Positions 11,912 to 25,088 of a stretch of 64,000 nt of DNA are shown piece after piece. The first letter of the stretch is position 1. The number at the start of each line of letters is the position of its first letter. The translations under genes and the position numbers were made by a program. The notes under the pieces were generated by a model. That model saw only the letters and a list, made by a program, of their open reading frames with translations. It had not been told where the DNA came from and made no database searches. The stretch lies in the NCBI RefSeq assembly GCF_006345805.1, contig NC_042998.1, positions 31,806,001 to 31,870,000 on the forward strand, read 5' to 3'. Source of the stretch: Octopus sinensis. Lineage: Eukaryota.

Positions 11912-12389
11912 TGCATTATGAAATACTCTTATTCATTGTATGTTACGTTAAAATAATTGAAAGGAAAGTCATAATTTTGAATTAACGAAGGATACATCTT
12001 GTATAACATTCTAATTCAACCACTGCATTAATCTGGCATTTAGGTAAAGAACTGCCAACAGGAAATTAGCAAGGAGAGCATTTGATATACTGACATCCGC
12101 CTCAAAATAACGCTTAAATGCAGTACTTATTTAATATTTATAAAAAAACAACACCGAATGAATAAATAAATAAGTCATTGCATAGGCAGGTTTTCCGGTG
12201 AATATTTTGATGATGTGCTAATGAACCTTTAGTGAGTATTCAAACTCATGCAAGATGCAAATTGTGTCGCTTAGGAAAGGCTACTCAATTGACTTTGGGT
12301 TGCGCCTCTACAGAGACATAGAATGGCACGCCTATTGCTTGTTTCAACTAATTAGTGTAGCACATCTATTCACACATATACGTGCATGT

Positions 12390-12421
<32 letters not shown>

Positions 12422-12920
12422 GGATATGTATATATATATACATATATATATATGTATATATATCTATATATATATATATACACACACTTATAAATATGTG
12501 TGTAAGTGGGTGTGAGTTTGGTGCTTGTGCGTGTGTATATACCAGCATATAAGTGTGTGTGTGTGCGTGTACGTGCTTGTGCATTTACGTGCGTATGAGT
12601 GTATGTGCCCGCGCGTACGAGCGTGTGTGCGTAAAGCAGGAGTCTGTGCATATATCTATATCCAGAAAGACAAACACTTTGCTTCGTTGTGTTTTTTCTT
12701 TCTTATTTTCTTTAACAGCACTTTGATTCCGTCAAATGGTTGATTTGGGACATTATCTACCCCTTTTGAACATCAGTCGGTCGTACTGTCTGCATGACCA
12801 TCCCATTTGCTTTCTCGTGAAACTATGAAAAATTGTTTGATAACATTAAAATCTTATTGTGTATGGTATTTAGTATAGCTTTCCTCGTCTTTGTTAGCTG
12901 TTTTCTGCAATACTCATATA

Positions 12921-13007
<87 letters not shown>

Positions 13008-13010
13008 TAT

Positions 13011-13160
13011 ACTCTTTTACTTGTTTCAGTCTTTGACTGTGGCTCTGCTGGAGCACCACATTTAGTCGAGCAAATCGACCCCAGGACGTTGTTCTTTGTA
13101 AGCCTATTACTTATTTATCGGTTGTCAAGCAATGTTGGGGGAACAAACACAGACACACCA
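13011..13160 (-). mobile_element. SINE family A, 3' fragment with internal deletion
   Basis: actcttttacttgtttcagtctttgactgtggctctgctggagcacc...cgaccccaggac. Confidence 0.8.
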
Positions 13161-13178
13161 ACACATACACGCACGTAC

Positions 13179-13211
<33 letters not shown>

Positions 13212-13660
13212 TGTATGTATGTATGTATGTATGTATGTATGTTTGTATGTATGTATGTATGTATGTATGTATGTATGTACGTTGGTGTGTTGGTGTTCTT
13301 TCTCTTTTTGAAACCTGGGTGTATAAGATAAGTAGTTTTTAGAGTATTTCGTTAAATTTCATCATGCAGATCCCTTCAGTATTTATGTCGATAACTACCA
13401 ATGACTGTAAACATACTGACGTAGTAAAATATTCAATTTAGAATATGGCTGCTTACATATGAAGAACTGTACACAGTTGACTGTACAATTGACTTAAGAA
13501 ATATAGGAACCAATGTCTACATGAAATCACAAGCAATTGTTTTGATTAGAGAATGCTTTAAAAGGGGTTGGTATATAAAAATAACAATCTCTCTCTCTCT
13601 CTCTACATTATATATATATATATATATATACGTTTTATTATAATTAAATATATATATATA

Positions 13661-13955
13661 TCACGTGACCCTGTGACCGACCAGACCATCAGATGTTACA
13701 CATCGCTGGTCACAATGCGTTCGCATTGTTTTTTAGCCTTCGAATGACACCACCCCGCTGGCTAAGCGAGCAGGCCAACAGAAGAAAGAGTGGTGAAAGA
13801 GTACAGCAGGGATCACCCCCTCCCCCTGCCGGAGCCTCGTGGAGCTTTTAGGTGTTTTCGCTCAATAAACACTCACAGCGCCCGGTCTGGGAATCGAAAC
13901 CGCGATCCTGCGACCGCGAGTCCGCTGCCTTAACCACTAGGCCATTGCGCCTCCA
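13661..13955 (-). mobile_element. tRNA-derived SINE (head Y + tail Q), full length
   Basis: tggaggcgcaatggcctagtggttaaggcagcggactc...ggtttcgattcc; tail cattcgaaggctaaaaaacaatgcgaacgcattgtgaccagcg...cacgtga(TA)n. Confidence 0.9.
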
Positions 13956-14011
13956 CACACACACACATATATATATATGTGTGTACAAACACATATATAC
14001 ATATATATATA

Positions 14012-14068
<57 letters not shown>

Positions 14069-14124
14069 GTATATATGTGTATGTACACACACACACACAT
14101 ACATACACACACACAAACACACAC

Positions 14125-14191
<67 letters not shown>

Positions 14192-14459
14192 TGGGTGTGG
14201 ATATGGATGTTTTCTCTGAATGACAATCTTGAATATTTACAGACAACAAATCCACGCTGTACAGCGCTGCTCATTAGCATGTTATCTAATAGTTAGTTAC
14301 AAGCCTGTGTTATTTTGATTAATAGTGATGCTCGTTGTTGAGAAACTAATATTCATCGTAGCCTATTTACTTATCACCAAGTAATATATTCTAGTGTTAC
14401 TTGAATAACCACGTCAGTTTAGAAAATTAAACACCCAATTCAGAATGTATTTGCCTAAC

Positions 14460-14695
14460 TTAAGTGTATATACAGAAATAGTAACCAGAATGACAAACCA
14501 CATTCGTAAATAAGAGAGATCGCATTGTATGATGTAGTGGTAAGTTTGTTCAAAACTTTCAAGATGGCTGCAACTGCCAGATCTGAGGTAATGAGGAGCG
14601 TGTCCAGAACAGCAACAACAAGATTGAAACCCTCTTTGTGTTCTCTCAGCCAAAGTGAAAATAGATCAGCTCTATGTCTCATGGACGACAAGAAT
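14460..14695 (-). CDS. Candidate 236-nt exon (FLSSMRHRADLFSLWLREHKEGFNLVVAVLDTLLITSDLAVAAILKVLNKL...FWLLFLYIHL); helical-looking, no recognised family
   Basis: Non-repetitive 78-codon open frame, GC higher than flanks. Acceptor tattcccccttacttcacactag|, donor TAA|gttagg. Confidence 0.35.
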
Positions 14696-15276
14696 CTAGT
14701 GTGAAGTAAGGGGGAATACATGATATCAAATAGCCCCTGATATGCAGGGTTATTGTGATCATAGGTAAAAGCTCATTGGCCACATATGTATTGAATCAGG
14801 TTTCAGGTTTTGGGGGAAGCAGCTTCAAGTATTTCATAAGTTATACCTGTTTAGTAATATTTTATATTATGAAATAAATACAAAATGATTTTTGATATCC
14901 GATGTTATTACTTGCTTGAAGAATAAGTAATTGTATCCGACATCGGGACATGTTGGGGAAATTTTATTCCGCGCCGAGAGATGTAGGTGAGATGACAACT
15001 TCAATGAGATTTCAATGGAGAACTTTGAAAGAAGAAATATAATACTCTAAGGAACTTAGTCTGACAACCTGTTTTAGCATTTTTCTAACAGTATTCACCC
15101 ACTCACTTTGCCATACATACGATCATCTATCTGTTTAGGAGTAATACAGCTTACGTAGACATAACTTTTCAGAGCAGACATAAAAATGATTATGAGGGAG
15201 GGGGATCAATTTAAGTAGAAAGTCATACACATGCACACACACACACACATATATATACACACACACAAACACGGAC

Positions 15277-15332
<56 letters not shown>

Positions 15333-15421
15333 TATACATACATACACACGCACAACACACATACACACACATACACACACCACACACAACACACACACAC
15401 ACACACACACACACACCACAC

Positions 15422-15458
<37 letters not shown>

Positions 15459-15760
15459 TGATGGCCCAGTGGTTAGAGCAGCGGACTCACGGTCGGAGGA
15501 TCGCGGTTTCGATTCCCAGACCGGGCATTGTGTGTGTAATTGAGCGAAAACACCTAAAGCTCCACGAGTCTCCGGCAGGGGGTAGTGGCGACCTCTGTTG
15601 TACTCTTTCACTCCGACTTTCTCTCACTCTTTCTTCCTGTTTCTTGAGTAACACAGCGATGGACTTGCGTCCCGTACAGCTGGGGGGGGGGCACATGCGC
15701 CATAGAAACCGGAAAACCGGGCCCATGAGCCTGGCTAGGCTTGAAAAGGGCATATACATG
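15459..15760 (+). mobile_element. tRNA-derived SINE (head Y + tail P)
   Basis: Head as at 13661-13955; 3' half (gcgccatagaaaccgg...gagcctggctaggcttgaaaaggg) as at 3553-3809. Confidence 0.88.
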
Positions 15761-15884
15761 ATAAAAAAAAAACATATATGTGTATGTTTATGTATATGTA
15801 TATATATTCATATTTACATATATACAAATTTATACAATATATGTTATATATATATATATATTATATATATATAATATTATAAGG

Positions 15885-16060
15885 AGAATGCACTAAAAAA
15901 ACAAAAGACGTAGATAAGTGCTGTAGAAAACAAACAGATGTATTAGTTTAACGCTCAGAATTGAAAAAGTCTTTAAAGTTTCGAGCCTAAGATCTCCCAC
16001 AGAAAGGGACACAGAAAGAAACAAGGAGAGAAAAAAAACATGAGTGTAGTGGCTACCGAT
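15885..16060 (-). mobile_element. Short (TA)n-embedded Penelope-like element with a decayed minimal hammerhead (15971-16006)
   Basis: CTTT-CTGTGG...GGCTC-GAAAC-TTT-AAAG; homologous to 59200-59385. Confidence 0.6.
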
Positions 16061-16404
16061 CTATCATAAATATATATGTATATAGGTAAGTAGAGTTAGT
16101 GGTTGCAGTAACCGACTACGGGATAATGGTACTCGTATTTACTATCGGTATCAATTACCTGTGCCATCCCTGAGCATGGGTATGCAGGTACACTATGGTC
16201 ATAGCGCGCAGGTAACAACAGAATAAACAAAAGTTTATCAGGAATCAAATTTAAATAATCAGGAAACACAGAAAACTTTGTCATGTTTTGTATCAAATAA
16301 TAATCAGCCGATGTGGTTCAATTTTTTTGTTTGTTGATAAAAAGGTTTCTTCATTTTACTGATTATTTAAGCACACACACACACACACCACACACACACA
16401 CACA

Positions 16405-16442
<38 letters not shown>

Positions 16443-17880
16443 TATATAATATATAATATATTATATATATATATACGAGAGTAACAAATATATACATATG
16501 AGTAACAGAGAGATACAGGTGTCAATTCATGAATGGTCACCTGTAACCCTTTGTACTATATTAGGCAGCATTTTTAATATCAAGTACATGTCTGAATAGC
16601 TAAGAGCGGATTTCTTAGCTATTTGGATGACGATTCATCGTTGATTTAAATGTGTAACAGCAATTCTCTTGAATGATTACCAGTTGAATGCAACTGTGCC
16701 CATCTCACTTTACTTTTTCGTACTCGTTCGACGATGTATATAAACAATTTACAGGGCTGTATATAGAGCATATTGCTGTTGGAAACACTACGCATTCGAC
16801 ACACACACACATATATATATATACATATATATTGTAGTTGAAGAATCAACAGTTTTGACTGCTATTTCTAAATTTTCGGTATGTGGTGAAGCACCCCTTT
16901 GCTAATCCCTTAATTATGTATATAAATTATAAAAAAAGTTTTTGTACAAGTTTTTCCATACCTAAGCTACTTGGTAAAATTTATTAATTATTAAATTAAT
17001 AATTCTTTACCCTATATCTATAATATATATATATAAAGATTGAGGGAGAGAGAGAAAGAAAGTAAAGGAGAGAGAGAGATAATTTCATAGTAATATGTAT
17101 ACAAATATATACATTGGCACTTCCATGCGTGTTTGGTGATACATTAAATGCATTCATATTGAACAGCTAATATACTTGATATATATTTAATATGTATGAT
17201 ATAGTGGAGACTATCGCAAAATTACTTGAAATAGCTATGTTTATTGGTGTCCATTACTCCAATATATTATAAGTTTACTTCACATAATCTATAAAATCTT
17301 TCCCATGTATTTCTAATCAACTTCATTCTCTACACACTCCATGAATATTTGTTCTCTACATATAGGAAATAGAAATGGCAATTATCGAAAAAGCTGTCCG
17401 TATTTTATACATTAATGCAATTATTAAAGTATGCGTGTCTAGTCCTACATATAGGAGAAAGGTCTACATGACTGATACTATATTTTATGACCAATGCAAC
17501 GATTTCATTTGATTCTTTTACTATTTCTTCGTGTTTAGCCTATGTTATGTTTGTCAGTGAAGAGACAGACGTAGAGTTTAATAAACAAGGCGTAATTTCG
17601 TGCGAGAAATAACACATTTCACTTCATGCTTTGATGTATAACGAATAGATTCAGTTAAAACTACTTTTAAAATATACTGTTTAAAATGTGTTGTGAGTGT
17701 GCTTGCATTTATTTTAAATAAATTTTAGAAATGAATGTATGAACATGATCTACGTTGGGTCCATGGATATTACGGACTGCACTGTAATAGTTTCATGAAT
17801 ACGGACTATGATCTTACGAAACATGTAATTTGGGGAAACGCGCGTAGCGATGCATTATAATATTTATAAAACATTGATAT

Positions 17881-17907
17881 GTACATGCATACACACACAC
17901 AGACACC

Positions 17908-17948
<41 letters not shown>

Positions 17949-17961
17949 ACACACACACACG

Positions 17962-18010
<49 letters not shown>

Positions 18011-18027
18011 ACACACACACACACACG

Positions 18028-18066
<39 letters not shown>
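17881..18066. repeat. Long (CA)n microsatellite
   Basis: Direct reading. Confidence 0.98.
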
Positions 18067-18073
<7 letters not shown>

Positions 18074-18469
18074 ATTGCAGCGAGGAAGGTGTTCATAAGC
18101 CATTTAAAAACACGCAAAAACCGTTAAATTCACTTCCTCAAAGCGACGAAAATATTTAAATGTTGAAGTGAATATAACGGTTTCTGTGTGGTTTTAAATG
18201 GCTGCAATTGCAGCAATTGTTTTCGTTTCAGCACACGATCTCAAATCAGGTCACTTGCTATGTAAGTACATATTTTATTATATATGTGTGTGTGTGTGTG
18301 TGGTGTGCGTGTGTGTATACACACACACAGACACAGGCACACACACGCGTGCGCGCGCACATGCACCCCCACACGCACATGTATATCTTCGGCTTACCAT
18401 TGGTCACTCCATGACCAGACAAAAACTTAAATTACTTTTAATATACATAAATATATATATATATGTTTT

Positions 18470-18742
18470 ATGTTTTGTCAGTTTCAGCTCAAAGCTATGG
18501 CCAAGCTGTGGCGCCGCCGCTTTTCTACGCTGTTATTACTGAATAGCCTCGGTGTCTGATATGGATAAAGTCATTTACGCCTTCTGCCATGAGGTAGGTT
18601 CATCTGGGACTCTCGACAGGAAGACATCGAATTTTTGATTTGAAAAGACCTACATCAAGTTTGTATAGGCCCCTCAGGCTCTTTGGATGAATATTAAAAA
18701 CTGTGTTCTCCTGAAACCCAGGCTGTTGCAGTAACTGGCCCT
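18470..18742 (-). mobile_element. CR1/L2-group LINE 3' end (frameshifted ORF2 tail plus 3' UTR)
   Basis: Joined minus-strand frames give NSLGF...FNIHPKSLRGL...KFDVFLSRVPDEP, typical of CR1-group ORF2 C-termini. The UTR ends ...ccacagcttggccatagctttgagctgaaac. Confidence 0.65.
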
Positions 18743-20253
18743 ATATAGTTCAAATTTACAGAAAACAAAAGTCGAGATGAAAGAATTGACATTATATGCC
18801 AGAACGTAGGATAGAAAGAAGAAAGAAATATTCGCTCCAATGAAATTGCTCTTGTATCTGTTTAATGTCTTAAATATTCGCTCACTATATCTAATATCAC
18901 TTACGTTGACAATACTAGCAGCTAATTCATTAATGATATTGCAAATATTCAGTGTTAAATATCATAGAAGCACGTCACAACAGAAAAAGTTTTCATACAA
19001 ATTTTAATATCAAGTCTAAAATTAGATGTAGATTTACAGAGGTTGAATTAAGGTTGGGTTAATCCATATGAGTCTCTGATACACCTATATTACAGCTCGA
19101 TGTACATTATTAGAGATTTTGGAAGAAAACCAGATTGAAATGATATATTAGCGTAGCTGGAATGAGCACTATCCAGAATAAAGGTGGTGAGTTCGTGTTA
19201 TGCCATAATTACTGGATACTTCTTTGTTAGTGTGTAATACGAAACACAATGGGCCATCTGCTTATGAAAATCAAACATTGGCCGCCCAGTATCGATTAAG
19301 GGAACCAAATGTTTATTAGGTAGTGCCGAAAGAAATTAAAGTTAAGCAATTATATTCATCGTTATAAATGATATATGTTATATTAGGATGTCTTATCTGA
19401 TTCCTTTTCTTCCTTGAATTACGGTTATTCATTTTGATTTTTACATATTGGTTTAAGATATACGAGCTGAAAAGATAGTCTTTGTAGACAAATTCACTAT
19501 GTCAACAAACATTCGTGATGAAATTAAAGTTCCTATTATCTCGGCAACAGACCGAACTACCGGTAAATATTTGGAAAAACGATATAAAGCCAAAGGTTAA
19601 GAAAGATACAAGATGTTATTATTATGTAGAATATTCACCAAATAATAAAACAAATATCTTTCTTCTCATCTGTATTAATCGCCATAAACACTCGTTAAAA
19701 ACACAGTGGTTACTCTATATTTTATCTATGATAATAAACTAAAATTGTTTCATAGTTTTATGTAAGATTATATACTTTTTGAAAGAAACAGACCCCAATA
19801 AAAGTTTATCCTGAGTCAATAAAGCATAAAATAAGAAGCGTAGCATCAAATATTCTGTCTTATGTTCATCGAATATGGATATTCCAAGTCAGCAGAACAT
19901 CAAGTGAATTTAGTTGCAAATTAGACCCAACTGCAGATATTTTCTGCTATTAAAATCAAGATTTATATTAAGATTTATCTAACTCCTTCAGATCAACTCA
20001 CGCATGAATTTAATGCACATTACTAGCTTGCTTCAAACGAAAACCGTTGATTATTGAAAAGGTTAAAACCGATTCAGCGTAATCTGTTTCGAATCTATCA
20101 TATAATTTCGTGACACTTATTTCAGACTGGAAAACAGTTTTATATTTTAACGGGTGTATATTTGTCAAGTATACAATATGAATTCACTTTCCTGATTACA
20201 AGATCTAATGACCGATTGTACCTTTATCTTCCAAAACATTTATTTAAATTGCA

Positions 20254-20341
20254 TTATTTCCATTCATGCCACATCTTATTTCCATTCAGGCCACATCTTA
20301 TTTCCATTCATGCCACATTTTATTTCCATTCATGCTACATC
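20254..20341. repeat. 22-bp minisatellite, 4 copies (ttatttccattcatgccacatc)
   Basis: Direct reading. Confidence 0.9.
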
Positions 20342-21414
20342 TGTATGTAACAGCAATTCCAATAAGATGTTTGAACTAAACAAAGAAAAATATATTAAGC
20401 ACTGTTTTTATTTTATTTAGGTAATGATAAAAACAATACATATTTATTGCGAAGATGCAGCAGCTAAAGCTGTTTTCAGTTATGAAATCGTAACAAAATT
20501 ACTTTTCGAAAACGTGACCGGTTTACTTTATTGAAAGGGTAAAACAATTGTCACTTAGGACGTACAAGCACTTATGCTGTATAGAACAAACAATTTTATG
20601 CAATATTAGATAAAAAAACTTCCTTAAAAACCGCTAGTTCCCATAAAACTTAACTGTTACTTTTCCGAATTATACAAAATTTTATCTTCCCTAGTTAAGT
20701 ACAAACAAATTAAATTGAAAAAATTACGGAAGCTATACATCAATTTAATGCATCATTTATTTAATTATACCTCCTAGCATGCAGAATACATTTAATGTAA
20801 GTTAATAACAAAACCTGTTTTTGTCTATGTTACTGAAATTCATGACACAAGTCTGAGTTATTTCCCTGAGCTCAATAAATCTTAATTTTCTTAACCATAT
20901 TCTCTCTTCATGTCTAAATCCCCCGAGTCCCGGAAATAAGGTTGAACATTTGAAGAATTCCTCAATCTCAAGGTTCTCATCTCTTCTCAAGTTGAGGTAA
21001 TCTTAATTGGTGTTTGGTAATCATGGCACATCCTTCAGAAACAGAGATACTTTTATTCAATCAAAAATTTATACTGCATGGTATTTGATATTACTGTATA
21101 TGTTAGGCGCATAATAATATATAATATGCTGCTGAAATTTTTCACAACCAAGATATATTATGTTGGGTATAAATTTCTCAGAATGAAGTTCAGATATCGT
21201 GCGAGAGGCGTCGAGTTGCTTCCCGGGTTGTGATACGTTTGATAATGGCACCAAATATCACAAGAGAAACCTTGATGCTGTGTAAATTTTAATACTGTAC
21301 AAGGTAAACAGACTGATTCTGAGTTAGATAAGCAAATAGGTAACAATGGTAAATAAGCCAACGTATATAAAACAGTTTTTTTTTACGATGAAGTTAGCTC
21401 CACAGTCTTTTATA

Positions 21415-21760
21415 GTTTTCTTTTCTTTTCTTTCAGTCTGCGACCATGATGGGGCATCGCCTTGAAGATGTTTAGTCCAAAGAATTCTCCTTTGATTTTT
21501 TTTTTACAAACTGGTACATATTCTACCAGTAAGACTTTTCGAAACACTAAGTTATGGGGTGGTCAAAACGCCAACACCAGTCAAGCGGTGGTGGTGGTAG
21601 TGGTGCGGATATCAAATCCATTGGACCAAATCCACTCACAAGGCTTTGGGTAGCCCAAGGTCATAATAGAAGACACTTGTTCAAGGTGTCACGTGGTGGA
21701 CCGAACCCTGAACCACGTGGCTTGAAAACAAACTTTTTATTACCCAGCATGCCTGCGCCA
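21415..21760 (-). mobile_element. Diverged SINE family A variant
   Basis: ctgcgaccatgatggggcatcgccttgaag...caaatccactcacaaggctttgg...gaagacacttgttcaaggtgtcacg...gcctgcgcc. Confidence 0.75.
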
Positions 21761-22195
21761 TTAAACACGATTTTTATACGAAATACAATACATGCTTCAT
21801 TAGTAGAAATTGCAACAGATAAATTTAAGACAGGAAGCTAAAAATCAGAATTAATACTTACTTTTCTCACGTTGCCGAGAACCGTAGTGTTATGATGAAT
21901 CCGGTTTTTGAATAGTTTTTGTATTATAATGGCTGAAAAAAAAAATATTCATTTAGCCGATAATAAAGAACTCAGATATGTACATACATATAATCATTGA
22001 CAGGAATATATCTACCTCCATCTATCCATGAACATTCACACACGCGCACGCACAAATAAATACATGCACACTGACATACTTAATACATGCATACAAATAT
22101 CTATCTGTCTGTCTGTCCGCCTGTTTGTTTCTCTCTCTCTCTCACACTCTCTGTATATGTATATACATACATATTTATATACATACATACATACA

Positions 22196-22231
<36 letters not shown>

Positions 22232-22278
22232 TATGTGTATATATATATATATATATACATGTTTGTGTGTGTATATAC

Positions 22279-22445
22279 AGGCGTAGGAGTGGCTGTGTGG
22301 TAAGTAGCTGGCTTACCAACCACAGGGTTCCGGGTTCAGTCCCACTGCGTGGCACGTTGTGCAAGTGTCTTCTACTATAGTCTCGGGTCGACCAAAGCCT
22401 TGTACGTGGATTTGGTAGATGGAAACTCAAAGAAGCACGTCGCAT
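22279..22445 (+). mobile_element. SINE family A, 5' half (tRNA head)
   Basis: aggcgtaggagtggctgtgtggtaagtagc...gggttcagtcccactgcgtggcac...gcaagtgtcttctactatag. Confidence 0.88.
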
Positions 22446-22480
22446 ATATATATATATATGTATATGTATATGTGTAAATG

Positions 22481-22511
<31 letters not shown>

Positions 22512-23008
22512 GTAAATGTATATATATATGTATATATATATATGTAAATGTATATATATATATATTTTTTTTTTTTACCTGACTCTATATTTGCGTGCGT
22601 ATATGTTTGTATATCATGGCTATGGTTTTAAATGGATGGCTAAGGTCTAAAGAAGGAAATGTTTTAATTCAGGTAACTAACATTTACAGTACTACAAGAT
22701 CATATATCCGGATTCTGTAATGCAAACTTATATGTAATGAATAAGCTACAAGGTAAGGTCTGTATCGTACCCTTAAAATAGAAAAGGAGTTCACAATCAT
22801 ATCTGATCCTCCAGAAATACTGAAGGAAATATAAGCTTTTCACAATAAAACTTGGCATTAAAAAGAAATAGCTGGGAGACAATAAATCCGTCGCAGAACA
22901 GTTGAATGTTGTAGGCTTCAAGTAAATGGCAGCAACCTAGCTAAACTCTGCATTGCAGAGAAAAGACTGATTCTGAACATCTGAGACAAGACATACATAC
23001 ATAATACA

Positions 23009-23070
<62 letters not shown>

Positions 23071-23210
23071 CATACATACATACAAAAATACCCTGCAGTT
23101 GATGTTGGAATTTCAATGAAGGAAGCTTAGATCTAGGTTAGAAACCGGTTCTTTCTCTATTGGCAAGAAATCTTGAAATAAACATAATGACATACATACA
23201 CACATACGCG

Positions 23211-23245
<35 letters not shown>

Positions 23246-23780
23246 GTAAAGAATATGAGGGGTTTATAGTTCACTAGTGATCTAAACGAACAGGTACGCT
23301 GAGTAAGTGCTAAATTGGTCATACGTTAGATTCCAAGTTCACACCTGAGGCTGGAGCTAAGGATCCGTTTTAGGCTTCCGTGTTAACAGGTATATATTAT
23401 TAGATGAAAAACGACAGTAATAAGTATAAAAAACAAAACAACTTTCAGGGTCAATATTGGATTATTGAGTCGGAAGGTAGTGGATTTTTTTTCGTATCGA
23501 AGTAAGATGAACTGCAAAAAGTTCTTTTTTATATTTCACGGTAGGCAACCAGGATTGCGGGGTGTGCGAATAAGAATACAGACGGTATAGACTGGAGTAG
23601 ATAAGATACGGGCTAAATATGTGTCACAGCGATCGGAGCCTCAGAAGGGGTAGATATCCAAGCGAGGTTTATACAGCATGCTACTTTTCAGGCTAAGGAC
23701 ATATATATATATATAGTAAGGACCAAAATCCTTCAAAGGGATGTTAAGCATGTATGTCCTCTGCTTTAATTGAATTATTT

Positions 23781-24185
23781 GTTAAGTTAAGTTAATTTTT
23801 TGGCTCAAAAATCAAAAAGCAAGGCCATGTAGGGGGACATGGAGTTATGTACAGGGAGGGTGTTCATGCAAAAAGTTCAGGCCATTTCTGATCAAGAGAG
23901 ACTTTGAACCGAGCGGGCGTCGGCATCTTCACTATCTCGTCCGGCAGCTTATTCCACGGATCCGCAACCCGGACGGAGAAAGCCCCTCTCTTTCGATTGA
24001 GATGAAATTGTCGCAGATAGAGCTTTTTGGAGTGACCCAGCAGGCTACGCTCTGGAGCAGGAGTGAAGAACAGCTCTTTCAAAAGGTTACACTTTCCGCT
24101 TATGATGTTATGAACAAGAATGAGATCACCACGGCGGCGTCGTTTTTCTAGAGAATAAAGGTCGAGCGTCTTCAGCCTTTCTTGT
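23781..24185 (-). mobile_element. 5'-truncated CR1-clade LINE (ORF2 C-terminus, 3' UTR, (AACTT)n tail)
   Basis: ERLKTLDLYSLEKRRRRGDLI...GHSKKL...FSVRVADPWNKLP...FKVSLD is the canonical CR1 ORF2 end. Tail repeat at 23781-23795. Confidence 0.9.
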
Positions 24186-24384
24186 TGTTCGAACCCATTC
24201 ATTTCAATAATGAATTGCTGAAGAAAAGCTTAATTTTAATTTAAAAAGGATTATTTGCTTCGTTCTGTTTCGGAATTAATTCGGCTTGGAAAAAACTTGT
24301 AGAAACTTTATTGAATTCGTACCAACTTTGTATTAAAAGATCGTCCACGCTGATATTTTTCTTTCCCTTTATACATACATACTT

Positions 24385-24448
<64 letters not shown>

Positions 24449-25088
24449 GTATATATATTTATATATATATATATATATATATATGCGCATGCGTGTGTGC
24501 ATTGTCGTTCTTTTCCTTTAGGCTTTTCTGTATCTTCTCTTAGCGTTCTCTGTTATTCTATATTTCCTTTCTTTTCTTCTGAATATTGATCAAAGGCTGT
24601 TATCAAGCTGAACATTACAAACGGCGTATCTGACACATATTTTAACATTTAATGTATCAAATTATTAATTAATTTCTAAATTATTTTCAATACAAATCAA
24701 TAGATCTTATATCATGAGATTAAATCCCTTTGCTTTATTCAACAGTCATATCTCATAAACTATAATTTAAGATTTAAATCTTTTGGAAAATACACGAAAA
24801 TATAAATTTTCTTGAGAATTCCAAAGCATTATGGGAAACAATGACTAGTTTGTTTCGTTTCTAATACAAATATCTTTGTCGCAGATTAGAGTTGGTGAGC
24901 ACCAGCAGATATCTGCCGCAAGAAATACTGCCAGTTCGAATGTCCTTAAAAGGATTAGCAACATGGAATGGTAAGCATTGTATGATTGTAAGATATATAT
25001 AAATTGCCTTCATATTCATTATACAGAATGTTTTGTCAGAGGAAATTAGATATAGAGGATACCAAACGAGTTCCCTATGGATACCGTA

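Noticed and set aside
13661-13955. tRNA-like sequences at SINE heads (also 15459, 22279, 35274, 47430 and others)
   Set aside because: They have A and B boxes but no acceptor-stem closure and run into SINE bodies; SINE heads, not tRNA genes.
20254-20341. Repeat arrays as possible CRISPR
   Set aside because: The units are directly adjacent with no unique spacers, there are no cas genes, and the context is eukaryotic.
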